DNA of 56,230 nt, the filler included, from Squatina squatina (Eukaryota): the NCBI GenBank assembly GCA_031763465.1. It is 3 parts of 3 records of this genome, joined end to end, with 100 filler letters (N's around TTAATTAATTAA, not from the genome) between each part and the next. Parts side by side here need not be neighbours in the genome. Positions count along the whole stretch, not along the records: positions 25,179 to 40,449 come from JARFOE010000080.1; 2 more parts are not named here. One strand, given 5' to 3'. Positions within the stretch are counted from its first letter, which is position 1, and every line of letters begins with the position of its first letter. Of the stretch, positions 25,135 to 38,000 are shown piece by piece. The position numbers and the translations under genes are program-made. The notes beneath the pieces were generated by a model. That model was not told the DNA's origin and searched no databases. It saw only the letters and a program-made list of their open reading frames with translations.

Positions 25135-26532
25135 NNNNNNNNNNNNNNNNNNNNNNNNNNNNNNNNNNNNNNNNNNNNACACTATCATAAGAAATGAGGT
25201 AACCTATAGGTAAAATACTTAAAACTGATGCTAGATTTAATTCTTACGAACTAAATTCTCACGATGTTGCTTTTTTGACACATTCTGATGTACAATAACT
25301 GCGTTTTGTGAAAAGATAAATTGTTAATAATGAAAAAACATGCCACTATCACTGTACAATATTGTTAATAATCTTTCCCATTGCGTTTTATAAGGAATGT
25401 GCCCCTTATAGTACGGTATTGATGTACACATGTATAGTGCGATGTTCTGTCATTTGTCTTAGGCAGTTTATTTTCAGAGTTATTCACATTCACTGCGATA
25501 AACTCTCAGCCCTCATTCCAAGATTACTCAAAAAATGCGCCGTAATGGAAAGAAAATGAGAATGGGCTTGAAATTATTCAGGAATAAATAAGAAATCGTG
25601 TCGGTTCGGATAGATATCGAGGTGGGTTTTTTCAATTGGTTCAATGATTTATTGTGGGTCGAGTGTAAACTACATGCATCCGACCATTAGTGTCATGGCT
25701 CTAATTGTCATGAGCTTGGTCGTTAAAATGTTGAAATTACTCAAATGGAATACACGATTAAAAAAGTGTGTATGTTTCAGGACTGATAGATTACATAAGT
25801 TCTCCATTGTTATTTTCCACACATCCCATATATACACACATATGTGTGTGTGTGTGTCTGTTTTAATAAGTAGACGCATAGATTAGAAAGTCAAAGGAAT
25901 GCATTATATGTTAAATAATGCAGTTATATCAAGAAGAGTTAAACCAGCTGACCTTTTGGCAACTTTTTATGTGTGGAAAGTTCTTTAAGAACTCAAGTAT
26001 TTCTGAGGCATTTGTTATCAAAACACAAACATTGCAAGGCAGAGCCAGTTACATTCCAGTCTGGTGAATGTCTGCCCTCCGCGAATGTAATTCCAGGCTT
26101 TGGTCTATCCTTCACAATTACTGACTCTAATTGCACACAAACACACGAATAGTTGGATGTCTGCGCATTAACTGGTCGTTTATTCGTCTGTCACTCATCG
26201 GGGCTCAGATTCTGAAAACCTTTTACACATTTTTAACAACCTGCTAAGTAGATGCAAATTGAATTGTTCTGTCATACTATACGATTTCCAACATTTAGGA
26301 TATAACGATGAACTAACTTGTTTACAAAACAAAGAACGTGCTCATTTGAAAAGGAGCAGTAAACTTTTTGGTTTGCTCGCTGGGAGACGAAAGCTTTGCC
26401 AGACGTGGTTTCTACCGGGTCTTAGCTCCCATNNNNNNNNNNNNNNNNNNNNNNNNNNNNNNNNNNNNNNNNNNNNNNNNNNNNNNNNNNNNNNNNNNNN
26501 NNNNNNNNNNNNNNNNNNNNNNNNNNNNNNNN

Positions 26533-26612
26533 TAATTAAGCCCTTTGTCCTCCTCTGCTGGACTCTGAATTTCTCCCAGTCCTCTGGTATGCTGCTTTTT
26601 CTGGCTAGTCTC
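26533..26612 (-). mobile_element. CR1 ORF2 fragment
   Basis: LARKSSIPEDWEKFRVQQRRTKGLI, the CR1 linker region between endonuclease and RT. Confidence 0.65.
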
Positions 26613-27697
26613 ATTCTTTAGTAGCAGCAATGGCCAGACGCAGTTGGCCTGACTGGGTGTGTGCGAACATAATGCCCAGGTAGTGACTACAGAAGTTTGG
26701 ACGAAGAGGCTGGTACCCGACAGGAGAGTGAAGCTTTACACCCACGAAGAGAAAAGATAATTCCTCTGGCTGCAAGAGGTTGGGCACCCCAAATCTAGCT
26801 CCAGTTTTCCACAAAAAGGGAGGTGAGAGAGAAAAGAATGGCTTTACAGAAAATGAGACTGTGTGTGAGCCATAAGGAATGAAAGGAAAAAGGGGAATAC
26901 AGAAAGAGTAAAAAACATACTGACTGAAACGGACAATTTAAGAGCACAAGACCAGCAGAGATAGTTGGAAACAAGATACAACATTTTGTTTTTGCTTGGG
27001 CACCATCATGGGTGATCAAGTAACATATAGAATAAAATTGAGGCTTTTTTCAGGAGGGAGGTGAAGAAATACTTAACATTTTTCATTACTGAGTTGAATG
27101 AAGCCTTGTTTGCTGGCAACACAAATGTTTGCTGTACTCTTAACAAAGTATGTGTGTTTACTTATGTGCAACGTAAGTTAGTGGATGCCAGTGACCTGAT
27201 TTGCAATGGAAGTACTGAATTGTGCCTAAGTCCATGATGGTTAAGTAAACAAGTATTGATCAGAACAGTTATCACTCTCTGGAATTTTTCCTTTGACCAA
27301 TGAAAAACACTTCCAAGAATGTAGCTATATATGAATATTCCAATTATACTACTTTACTCAGGTCATGATTTTTTCCCACCCTCTCTTAATCCACATATTA
27401 GTTCAATTGGTTGAACTAGTTTGAGACTGGTTAATAGCTTATTTCTAAATGCAGCTGCATGACCTCACCTGATCTTCACTTTGAAATATTTCAAATACAA
27501 AAAATTCCAACTTTAAGCACAATTCTAATTTTAAAGGTTGCAGTAATGCTGAATTTATTTGCAAATAATGGAAAGTTCCTGTTGGGCAATACTTATTCTT
27601 AATCATAATGTTGCTGTTTCCTGCACGCTAGTGCAAAATTCAGCATTTGCTACACATGGTCACAACGTGATAAGAGCTGGTTATTTATCTGCATACC

Positions 27698-27745
27698 TAT
27701 ATATATAATATATATAATATATATAATATATATATCACACACACA
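27698..27745. repeat. AT-rich (TATATAA)n / (CA)n simple repeat
   Basis: tatatatataatatatataatatatatataatatatatcacacacacac. Confidence 0.8.
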
Positions 27746-28997
27746 CTGGGTATTTTACATTGACACAGTGATTATTACATTCTCAAAAGCACAAAGTTTC
27801 CTAGTCTTTGGACTGGAGTGACAGATGTTGAAGCCATCTATTGCAGCTTGTGTGTGACCTTAGTCTTGCTTTCTTTTGTGATTTCTAACAGTGCAATTGC
27901 TCCATACAATTTATATCTAGCTGGTTAGTATTGTTAATTCCCCCTTTACTACTTTAGGTATCCCTGCTTTGTCCAACATTCTCTGCCCANNNNNNNNNNN
28001 NNNNNNNNNNNNNNNNNNNNNNNNNNNNNNNNNNNNNNNNNNNNNNNNNNNNNNNNNNNNNNNNNNNNNNNNNNNNNNNNNNNNNNNNNTGCACCTGAAA
28101 TGGGTAACTTGTTCATCTCAGCCTGACAATCGTATCTAATGCTAAGGGGTAGGGAAAGTGGGGAAAAGAGAAGTAAATGCCTAGAATCCTTAGCTGTTGT
28201 TTACATACAAATGACACATTCCACTTAAATTGCTACTTCACTGGAATGTTTTTCAAGAAAACCTTGGTTTAATTGCTGAACAGCATCATAATAGTTGGAT
28301 AATTCAAAATGAATTCTAGGTTCTTTTAATGCCTGTGACATAGCTAGACTAGTTTCTGTGTAGCCATAAGCACCTAGGAGTAGTCAAAAAAACTTTCAAG
28401 ACATTCCTGGTAACGCAGAGACCTTTAAATTACACCACGGTATACTAGCTTACATTTAAAACATTTATCAGTGTTTTTTTCAGTATTTTAATGGGGAAGT
28501 TAGCCTATTTAATGTGAATTCTGTAATTTCAAGGCCCTTGTGTTTTAATCAGACCTTGAACCATTAAGTAAACTTGGGAGAAAAAGTCTCTGTTTCAACA
28601 TCGAGTATTTGCATTTTTAAAGCGCCTTCCTAAAGCGCAGTGGTATTAATTTAGTAGTTGTATTTAATTAGTACATGACCATTTTTAAAACTCTGCTCTC
28701 ATTGTTGGCACATGAACTTTTGCACCAGTGACTCTACTGCTAGGGACCAGCTGTCTGCAGGAAATCAATAGGCCTAAGAGATTAACTGCAAATTAAACAG
28801 CGGCTACAGCAGGTTTGTTATTTCAGTGCTCTTAATCTGAGCATGAAGCTACGCCTTGTATAAAAAAAAAAATCCATCCACTGCTCTATGCCTTTGTCAG
28901 TTGTGGAAAAATTGTGTGCGCTCCGATAGTTAACAGTCAACCACGTGTATCTTTAGTTTTGTACTTTTATTATTGTATCTGCCATTATTGGAAACTG

Positions 28998-29053
28998 AGA
29001 CAAAAGCGATATACTGCAGATGCTGGAATCTAGAACATAAACAAAAAATGCTG
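28998..29053. mobile_element. Penelope-like terminal repeat fragment (cut by a gap)
   Basis: aaaagcgatatactgcagatgctggaatctagaacataaacaaaaaatgctg; same family as 42781 and 43858. Confidence 0.5.
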
Positions 29054-32000
29054 NNNNNNNNNNNNNNNNNNNNNNNNNNNNNNNNNNNNNNNNNNNNNNN
29101 NNNNNNNNNNNNNNNNNNNNNNNNNNNNNNNNNNNNNNNNNNNNNNNNNNNNNCTTTTTTTCCTCCCTTTTCTACAATTCTAATCTTCTCTGAGGAGCTT
29201 TTTGCCAGAATCTAAAAGAGAGTGAAGGAGGAATTCAGCCTCCACAGTCAATATTTAATAATGTGCTAAAAATACTTAATACTTATGGGGTACATTTTCC
29301 TCACTAGAAAGTATTCCTTTAATGGCACTAGATTCTGTCCAGGCATCTTTCATTCTTATTGCTCTCTTGGCGATTGGCTTTAAGAGATCTGTTGTTTTAA
29401 TATACAGAGCCAACTTGGAGGACGTTTTGTATGGGCTCTGGAGACATTTCCTCTGCCAGCACTGCTGCAGTGACTGAGTTGTGTCCCTGTAGTAATCAGT
29501 CTCCCTAAGATTTTGGCCCCTTTCTGTAATCAGTTTTCCTCCACATCTGTGATGAACTGAGTCTGAGTGATGTGTTACCAGAGGCATGTCAACTGTTCGA
29601 GCCATGGAACAATGAACAATTATGGACCAAGCAGTTTGGTGTCAACTTACAGTTCTGTGGTGGTTTTTACTTCTGGTGGAGTTCAATGTACACCTATTTA
29701 ACACTATTCTATTTGGTGAAAAAAATCAAATGCATCATAAAACCTTCAACTAGTCCTATGGGTCAGCCAATTTCTAATAATTTTATTTATTTTCTTTGTT
29801 GCTTGGGGTAGGATGGCAATTGGTTTCATCAGTTATGTTTTATTCCTTATAGGACTTTGTTAAACAGTTCATGAATACCTTATATTTGCACAAATCAATT
29901 AATATAGGGTGACCATATTTTCTAAACCTAATCTGGGGAAACACAGTGTTGGAGCACAGCACAGTAATTACCGCGGATGTGATGTCGCACTATTGAAACA
30001 CGTTCAGACACCGTATAAATAATACAACANNNNNNNNNNNNNNNNNNNNNNNNNNNNNNNNNNNNNNNNNNNNNNNNNNNNNNNNNNNNNNNNNNNNNNN
30101 NNNNNNNNNNNNNNNNNNNNNNNNNNNNNTTTGCCATATCTCAAGGGGGAATGGATCTGTGCTGTGCTTTTTTTTAAAAAAAAGTGAAACCCCTTGATTA
30201 ATCCTGTCTCTCAATTTCAGATTCTGCCCTGTGTGATTCTAGTGTAACGAGCTTGGTAGTGCAATTTTTGTTTTTCTCTCCATATTCTGCCAATCTCTCT
30301 CCATTTTATCGCAGTGCTGTTCTGCATGTTAAAATTTCCAGATTCTCCTCAAAGTAAATTTTAAAAAGTGCTGGCAATATTATTAGTCATCCAAAATTAT
30401 TAACCCTGTGGGACTGGAGCCTGACCAGTATTTCAAGGGAAAATAAGATATGGAATAAGAAACCTCCTCTCTCATTCTTTCTCCTTCCCATTTGAAATTG
30501 TTTGCAGCTCTCTGCTAGGTTTAAAAAAAAAGGTTTCTTATTTAATTACAGAATTGAAAGTTATATTAAGTAATTCACTAAATTCCTGTGCTCTTGCTTT
30601 GATTTATTTTTCTGTGGAAATGAGCACATGGCAAATTCTTCAACAATGGAACATATTAAATGCAGAGCTGGAAATGTCTCCGATAGGCAAAACCTTGCCT
30701 CAGCTCTTGTTGTTTTGGTACACTTCCATGCTGTCCCTTTACTTCCCATGCCCTATGGGTTCGCTCCTGTCCGGAACAGGGCAAATAAGGGTTTACTTTA
30801 AGTATAATTCTGGTCTCTGATTGTTGGACAGGAGGCATACTGGGAAGTAAAATAAATAACTTTATGGGTCTTTTCCTTCATGGAAGCAGGAGAATTGGCA
30901 CAAAATGAGAGATTAGGGTTTGATATTCCTGTGCCAGCAGGTTTGAGGANNNNNNNNNNNNNNNNNNNNNNNNNNNNNNNNNNNNNNNNNNNNNNNNNNN
31001 NNNNNNNNNNNNNNNNNNNNNNNNNNNNNNNNNNNNNNNNNNNNNNNNNTATGATTTCATCAGAATTGCTTAGCTAAATCACTGCTTTGTAACTCTCCGC
31101 AAGCCCTCTATTGTGTCTTTCAGAACCACATAATGTATTTCACATGTAGGGTATTGTCTTTAACTGCACATCCTGTTGCCAAACAGATTTACCCTGGAAG
31201 AAAAGGGTTCATGTACTCCACATGATGAAGCTGGCCAGATTGCAGTAGAGCAAGCTTGTCATTGCTAAAAGCTACAAATACTGAAGAGCTGCTTGGACAT
31301 ATGGTACTCATTTCTGTTTGATCAAATGTGGAAATCATTACCAAGACATCTGAAACTGAGGTAGCAATAAAAGAAATTATCACAAATGGAGCAGTGGCTA
31401 CAAATTATTAATCGTTTTTCAGTGGGTGGTCAATTTGAATTATTGTAGAGCATAATAGTGGATTACATTATATATTTTTTTTTCCTTAGAATTTGTGCAA
31501 TTCCAATACATTGCAGAAATAATGATGGGTGAGTTTGCAAGTGTTTGTGTGTAAGTAATATGGGGGTAAATAGCAAAATCTAATGATAGCTCTTGTATAC
31601 TGCCGTATGTGGAGGGGAGAGAGAGGTGTGTGGAAATGAGAAGTTGGATTTGAGTGGAAAGCTTAAAATTATCTCAGTTTAAAAGGGTGAAAATGATAAT
31701 TTTCATGATTAAACTTGAAACATTTCTTTAGTCTGTTCATTCTGCAAATTGAAGAAAGGATAGTACTTTCACACATGCAGAGTTTGAATGTTTTCCAGCA
31801 TGCTGTCAACACTTTTTCTTCTCATTGTTTTACAGTCTCAAAACCATTCACATCCTGGCGTGAAGTTATTTTGAGTCCTTGTATTTCAGAAATACTGTCT
31901 GGTCCATTTCTTGTAGTCTAACTTGTCATTCACCACTGATTCGATTACATCTTCCTGTTTAAATTCTTTTCTCATCACTCGGATAACATCCAGCTTCCCA

Positions 32001-35000
32001 CATGGGAACCAAGCTACAGCAACAAGAATTCCTCATCTGGCCCTTCAGCAGCTCTGGTGACGCGTGTGCTTTTAACAACTTATTTTGGCATGCCGTACCT
32101 TCCCAGAATTAAAAGTTCACATCTGGACATCTGACCACTATTCAGGGCTGACTGTAACCTGGAAAAAAATCTGTATCAAGGTGTGCTTTTACTCCTGTAT
32201 CTGGTATGTGGCGGAGATGCATAGAATGTGAAAAATATTTCACGAGGACCTCTTCATGCATCAGCCTGGCGACAAGTGCAGTATTAGTTGTGTTCTGCAC
32301 ATTCCCATTGCATGTTCAGTTCAGTTGGTGAGCATTTTAAGATATATCAACCTGTTTGCAGTTGCTAACTGTTGAGGTTTGGACACAATTCTCAGTTCTT
32401 CAGAGAGGAAACTGGACCCAACACCATCCAACAAACCAGAGAGATATGAAAATAATGGTTGCTGTGGAGTGTTTCCTTTTCAGATTTTAGGCAGTCAGGA
32501 GATAGATCACAGTTAATGGATGCTCTTCAGTGGACCTCAGGACTTCCAATAAGTTTAGCAGTGAGTTAAATCATTCAAACATTACCACAGATCCATTGTT
32601 CTCATTCATTTCTTTCCCCACAATGGAGTGGGAAGCACATGCTTGACATGGAGATAGACCTGAAGATATGGTAACAGATATAAAGTATACATCTGTATCT
32701 GATTTAAGTTGGTGCAAGTGAAGGTGCCACATCAGGTATACAGAATCCCAAGCTACCTGTTGGATGTGTCAATCATGAAGAATGGTAACAGTCAAAGGCA
32801 TGGCACTGCAGGGGCAGCTCCTGTTAATTAACCACAAAATGACCTCAAAAGATACTGGGGNNNNNNNNNNNNNNNNNNNNNNNNNNNNNNNNNNNNNNNN
32901 NNNNNNNNNNNNNNNNNNNNNNNNNNNNNNNNNNNNNNNNNNNNNNNNNNNNNNNNNNNNTCATGTCTTGAATTGTTAGTACTGAAATGCTCTGTCCTAT
33001 GCATGTATCAATAACTATCTTATCCACTAAATTGTTCCACTCAGTTGAACAAGATGTTATTGTTCAGACATTTGACTTTAGCTGCACTTCACAAAATGAT
33101 GGACTGTAATGGGGAGAATGTTGTAAACTACAACAAAAGTGATTGCCAGCCCTGCCCTGTTATTATTCCTGAGGGCTTTTTTTTAAAGAGCGTGCTAGAA
33201 AGCAATTAATTTTCTGTATCTTAACTAGGAACAAGTAGAGTGCTTCTTGAACCATGAATGTAGATGTTGACTGTTTACAGCACTTTTTTATTCTACATAA
33301 TTAACCATTTTAATGACTCAGAAAATCAGCGCATGACTTCGGAAACGGATGTGTTGGATATTTTATGGGTAACTGCCCAAAATTTTTCATGAAGTTCTCT
33401 GCTGCAAATTATAAAACATTCAACGCTCATGAGCCCTGAAGTCTCAAACTCTCCAAGTTCAGAAATCACTAATGCATTGGAGAATTTGTGGTCAGTATTG
33501 GCTTGTATCCCATACATGACCATTCTTTGCAGCTGTTTTCTCGGTCAAAAAATATGCGTTTGCACAATTACTTTTGCTCAAGAGATCTTATTAGGGTTGC
33601 CAACTCCGGTTCAAAGAATTCCTGGAGGCCTGATCAGGTGACGGTCTGATTGCGTTTACTTTCTAAAGGTTGATTCTTTGTNNNNNNNNNNNNNNNNNNN
33701 NNNNNNNNNNNNNNNNNNNNNNNNNNNNNNNNNNNNNNNNNNNNNNNNNNNNNNNNNNNNNNNNNNNNNNNNNNNNNNNNNGCAAACAAACTTCAATGTT
33801 ACCATTGATTGGGTCAGCATTTCTGCACTTAAGACTTGCAAGAGTTTTCAAATGATGCAGTCACAGTCCCTGATACTTGTGATGGCTGCATAAGCTGTTT
33901 GTTGTCCAAGCATAAAATTATTTGAGATCATGAAACACATTCTTTAGGTTAACGCCATATTTGCTGGAACATTCAGAAACAAAACAAACTTGAATCTTGA
34001 ACAGAATAGTTTAAAATATGATTGCTTACAAGGATATGAAAAAATATTTCAAACTATAGTTAAATATTTATTCACCAGAAACTGTACTTTTCTTCCTCTC
34101 CGACCCCAGCCACAGAAAAAAAGTTTCCATATAATATCCTTCAGATAGTAATATGGAACAATCCAAGTAATGGCTTTTACATCCACAGCTCCAAGATAGG
34201 TAAAGTAATCAACTTCACAGTATGTCTGAGACCCATTGCAAGCAGGAAGACCCTTTGGTGACAGCTTTGATATTACTCACCCAGAAATACAGATGCGAGG
34301 CTGGGGAGCGAGTACGTTGGCAGGGATGAGGTTGCAGTAGCATTAACATTGGTGAATGAGGGATTGGTCCAAGGGCCACAATAAAGCCCCTTAGCTGGCT
34401 CATGGGTTATAAAATGAATACCACTGTTTTGAACTGATCCTTTAAAAAAAAAGCTTCAAAAATAAATTGGGACATTACTGACAATTTAAGCAACATTGGG
34501 ATATGCACATTTTTCAGAATGAAAATTAATCACAGTGCCTGAAACACTGCATACAATCAAATCAGTATGTTTATAGTCTGTCTGCATTGTCTTTCCAATT
34601 AAGATTCTGATGCAATTTGCCTCATACAATGTTAATTGTTCTGTCCTCATTACAAGCAATTAAAGAAAAATCTTCCCTTTGTTCACATTCCAGCTCATCC
34701 ACAAAATAGTTGATGGTGTTTGTTTGTAATACTTTGTTTATATGAAACCACTACACTAAGATATTTTTATTGCTGAAGTATAGGTTTGCATTTACATTAC
34801 TGAAGCAAAAGGTAATTGATAAATAAAATATAAGCAAAGAAGATTCTGTGTACGTAGATGTTGATTTTACTTGAATGTAAATTGTCATTGAACAGGAAAT
34901 TTCTGAGGTTGAATGACTTGTAATTATAGCTAACCATGTCATATGCAACGTGCAGGAAAATTTTATTGCCTATTCATTTGCTTGCTTACTTTCGACATAT

Positions 35001-38000
35001 CAGAATTTCTTTTGCCACTCCCTTTGACCTAATAAAGTTATCACAGCCGTTTGAAGCTTATCCTTTGTCAGCTTGTAATGGGTCCAGGTGGCCTCTTCTC
35101 TCTCTCTTTTCAGAAAGGAAGCTATACTTGTTGTGTTAATCTTCTTAGTGACACGGAACACATCAAGTGTGCAGTTTCTATCAAGAATCTGTGGTACCAG
35201 CCTTTCAAGGGCTGCAGTTTCGCCTTGTATTTGAATGGCTTTGACATGTGGTGTGGTTGTATAAGTACCAGTGTATTAAAAAGATCTCTTGCTTGCACAG
35301 AAAGAAAAGCCCACACATCAGTGATTCTCAATAGAAAAAAGCTTAACTGGATTCACAGACGACTCTGGCTGAAACATCCTTGAAAATGTTNNNNNNNNNN
35401 NNNNNNNNNNNNNNNNNNNNNNNNATTCCAAGGAATACAAAAGCTTGTATAACATACTCCCTCCCCTTTTCTGTTGCGGAGGGTGTGTAGAAGAAATGGA
35501 GCTTAAAGTTGCCATGGATGTTGGATAATTTAAGCGAGTTCACATCAGCCCATTCAGATTAGGTGCCATTGTATAAGGAGTGTTCTGCCCTCAGACAGGT
35601 GTATAATTACTTGTGTTACTTAGATTCACTAGAAAACAATTGTTCTTCTGTTTTCAGTGGCTGCATTTACTTGGTGTGAGCCCTATTCATGTCCCGTTTG
35701 TTTTTAGTTGCGAGGTTGCCTATGTCATAGTTACAATTAAGAACCAATGAACCTTGTATTAGACAAATCTGGGAACATGACCTTAAAGATGTAGTTATAC
35801 TTTTTGTGATCTCATGAGATGTGTGTTAACTTCTAAAGAGCTGCAATGAGAATACTTATTTAACAATGAAATCCAATTTAAGGCCCAATCATGGCACCCT
35901 ATTTTCTCCTCTTTCCCTCAATTCACACTATTGTATGTTTAGACCAGCCTATGGACACCTTTGTGGAGGTTACTCAAGAACTAGCTGATGATGACAAACT
36001 TCCTTTCTTGGTGAGGCCTAAGTATGATTGCCTGCCAGTCAAGTTTTGCATTCAGATTTGTTTTTAATTGGGTCCCTATTCCCAACTGGGTCACATTTGT
36101 AGATACCATTCTGTGTCTAAATTGAGAACTTTTTAACTTCAGTATTGATGCAGAATAATTTTGTTCATTTAGAAATGTACAAAGTTACAAATATTTACAG
36201 ATGGGCATTTTATTTAAATGATTTTTAACTAATTTAAAACTTTTGTTTCTCTGTTTAATGAAAGTTGTTGCCTGAAATCCATTCTAGAAAAATTAGCTGT
36301 TAAACTGTCAGAAAATCAGTTGTTCGAAACTACAGCATAATTTCTGTCGGTAAATGAATTGTATAGCCAGAGAAGAAGAATTAAGTTCTCAATGTCCCAA
36401 TACGATTAGTTCTGGTGGTTTGTAACAATAACTATGTGGAGTATTGTATTTTTTTTTACCACCGTGGCTGATTCTCCACATTGTTCAATAAGGTCAACAT
36501 TCACTTGTGTTTTATTGCAGGTTCTGCACCTTCCTCACGTCCCCCCCCCTCACCTTCATTTCATTACAAACACGTGTTGCAAGTTAAAGCAGGAAAGCTG
36601 GCAAACATTTAACAATTAAAGATGCAGCATACAGTAGAATAATGGTACAAAGCAGTGGGTTAGGCCATAGTTTTAGAGCAGAGTTTTTAGTTTTGGGTGG
36701 CCCATTATAGAAGAAATGTTTACATAAACTATACAGCATAGATTCACTACGATGATGCCAGGGATGGGAAATGATAATTATGAGGATAGACTTCAGATAT
36801 TTAGGCCTAGAAAATGGCCTCCTTGGCACTTCCCGTTATCGGCGGGGGGAGAGGGGAGTTATAACAGGGCACGAACGATTTGCAGACCGGGCGTGACGAG
36901 ATGAATGACTCCCGCTACTTGGCAGAAAAGTTTGTNNNNNNNNNNNNNNNNNNNNNNNNNNNNNNNNNNNNNNNNNNNNNNNNNNNNNNNNNNNNNNNNN
37001 NNNNNNNNNNNNNNNNNNNNNNNNNNNNNNNNNNNTACACTGGGTGCCGTTCAGTGAGTCTCTCCCAGTTTCATCTTGGTGCCAATCAAGAGCCAAAAGC
37101 AAAAAAGAGGCAAATGATAAATTCACTGTGTGATGTGATACCAGCCATACAATTTTCCCTTGCCTTCAAATTACAAAGATGTTATTATTGCCAAGGGTTC
37201 AAAAGTTCTGTTCACATGGGCTGTGAGGCATCTCCAATTTCTCGTCTTCTGTCCAAGTTTCTCGTCCCTTTTGAATAATTTCTTGTACATTAGGTCCCTG
37301 GGGTCGAGTCTTGTTAGTTGCATTCTGTACAAAATAGGTCTTACAGTTCAGAGCTGTATATCAAACTGAAATGTATATCCTGTGGTACAGTTTAGTTTTT
37401 GAATAGACAAAATAATGTATGTAGTAGCTCATGGTAAAGAATCATTGCTTCTGTGGAAGAAAACAAATAATATATGAAGTTACTATGAACAGAAGAAAAG
37501 CTGTTCTTAAACACCTCAGTGAGCACTGCTTTATAAATTTTGTAATGGCTAACAATATATGAAGGAACTAACTCGATTGTTTATCCTCTGTAATACAGTG
37601 GTGGATATGACATGATGAGCTTTGAATGAAACTTTACAGACTTGGAATACAATGACTTTTCTTAAAACAAATGGACAGTTATATTGTAAATATCTGTATC
37701 TGTATCCCATTGTCATCTTTTGATTAGACTATCTGAAGCATGTGAGTGTTAAATTTCCCCTAGAATTGGTCCAAGATAAGTTCCTGCTAACTGTGTGGCT
37801 ACAGGAGACTAATTTCTGCACTTCTGTCCTGTACCTGCACTTTGGCCAGCTTGTACATGTTCAGCAGCTCATGTAGATAGGCCAGTACGATCAGGGTCAT
37901 GGATTCAGGCCGAGCATGACAGCAGGGTCAGTGCCCTGACTCTGGCCCCAGACCTGATCNNNNNNNNNNNNNNNNNNNNNNNNNNNNNNNNNNNNNNNNN

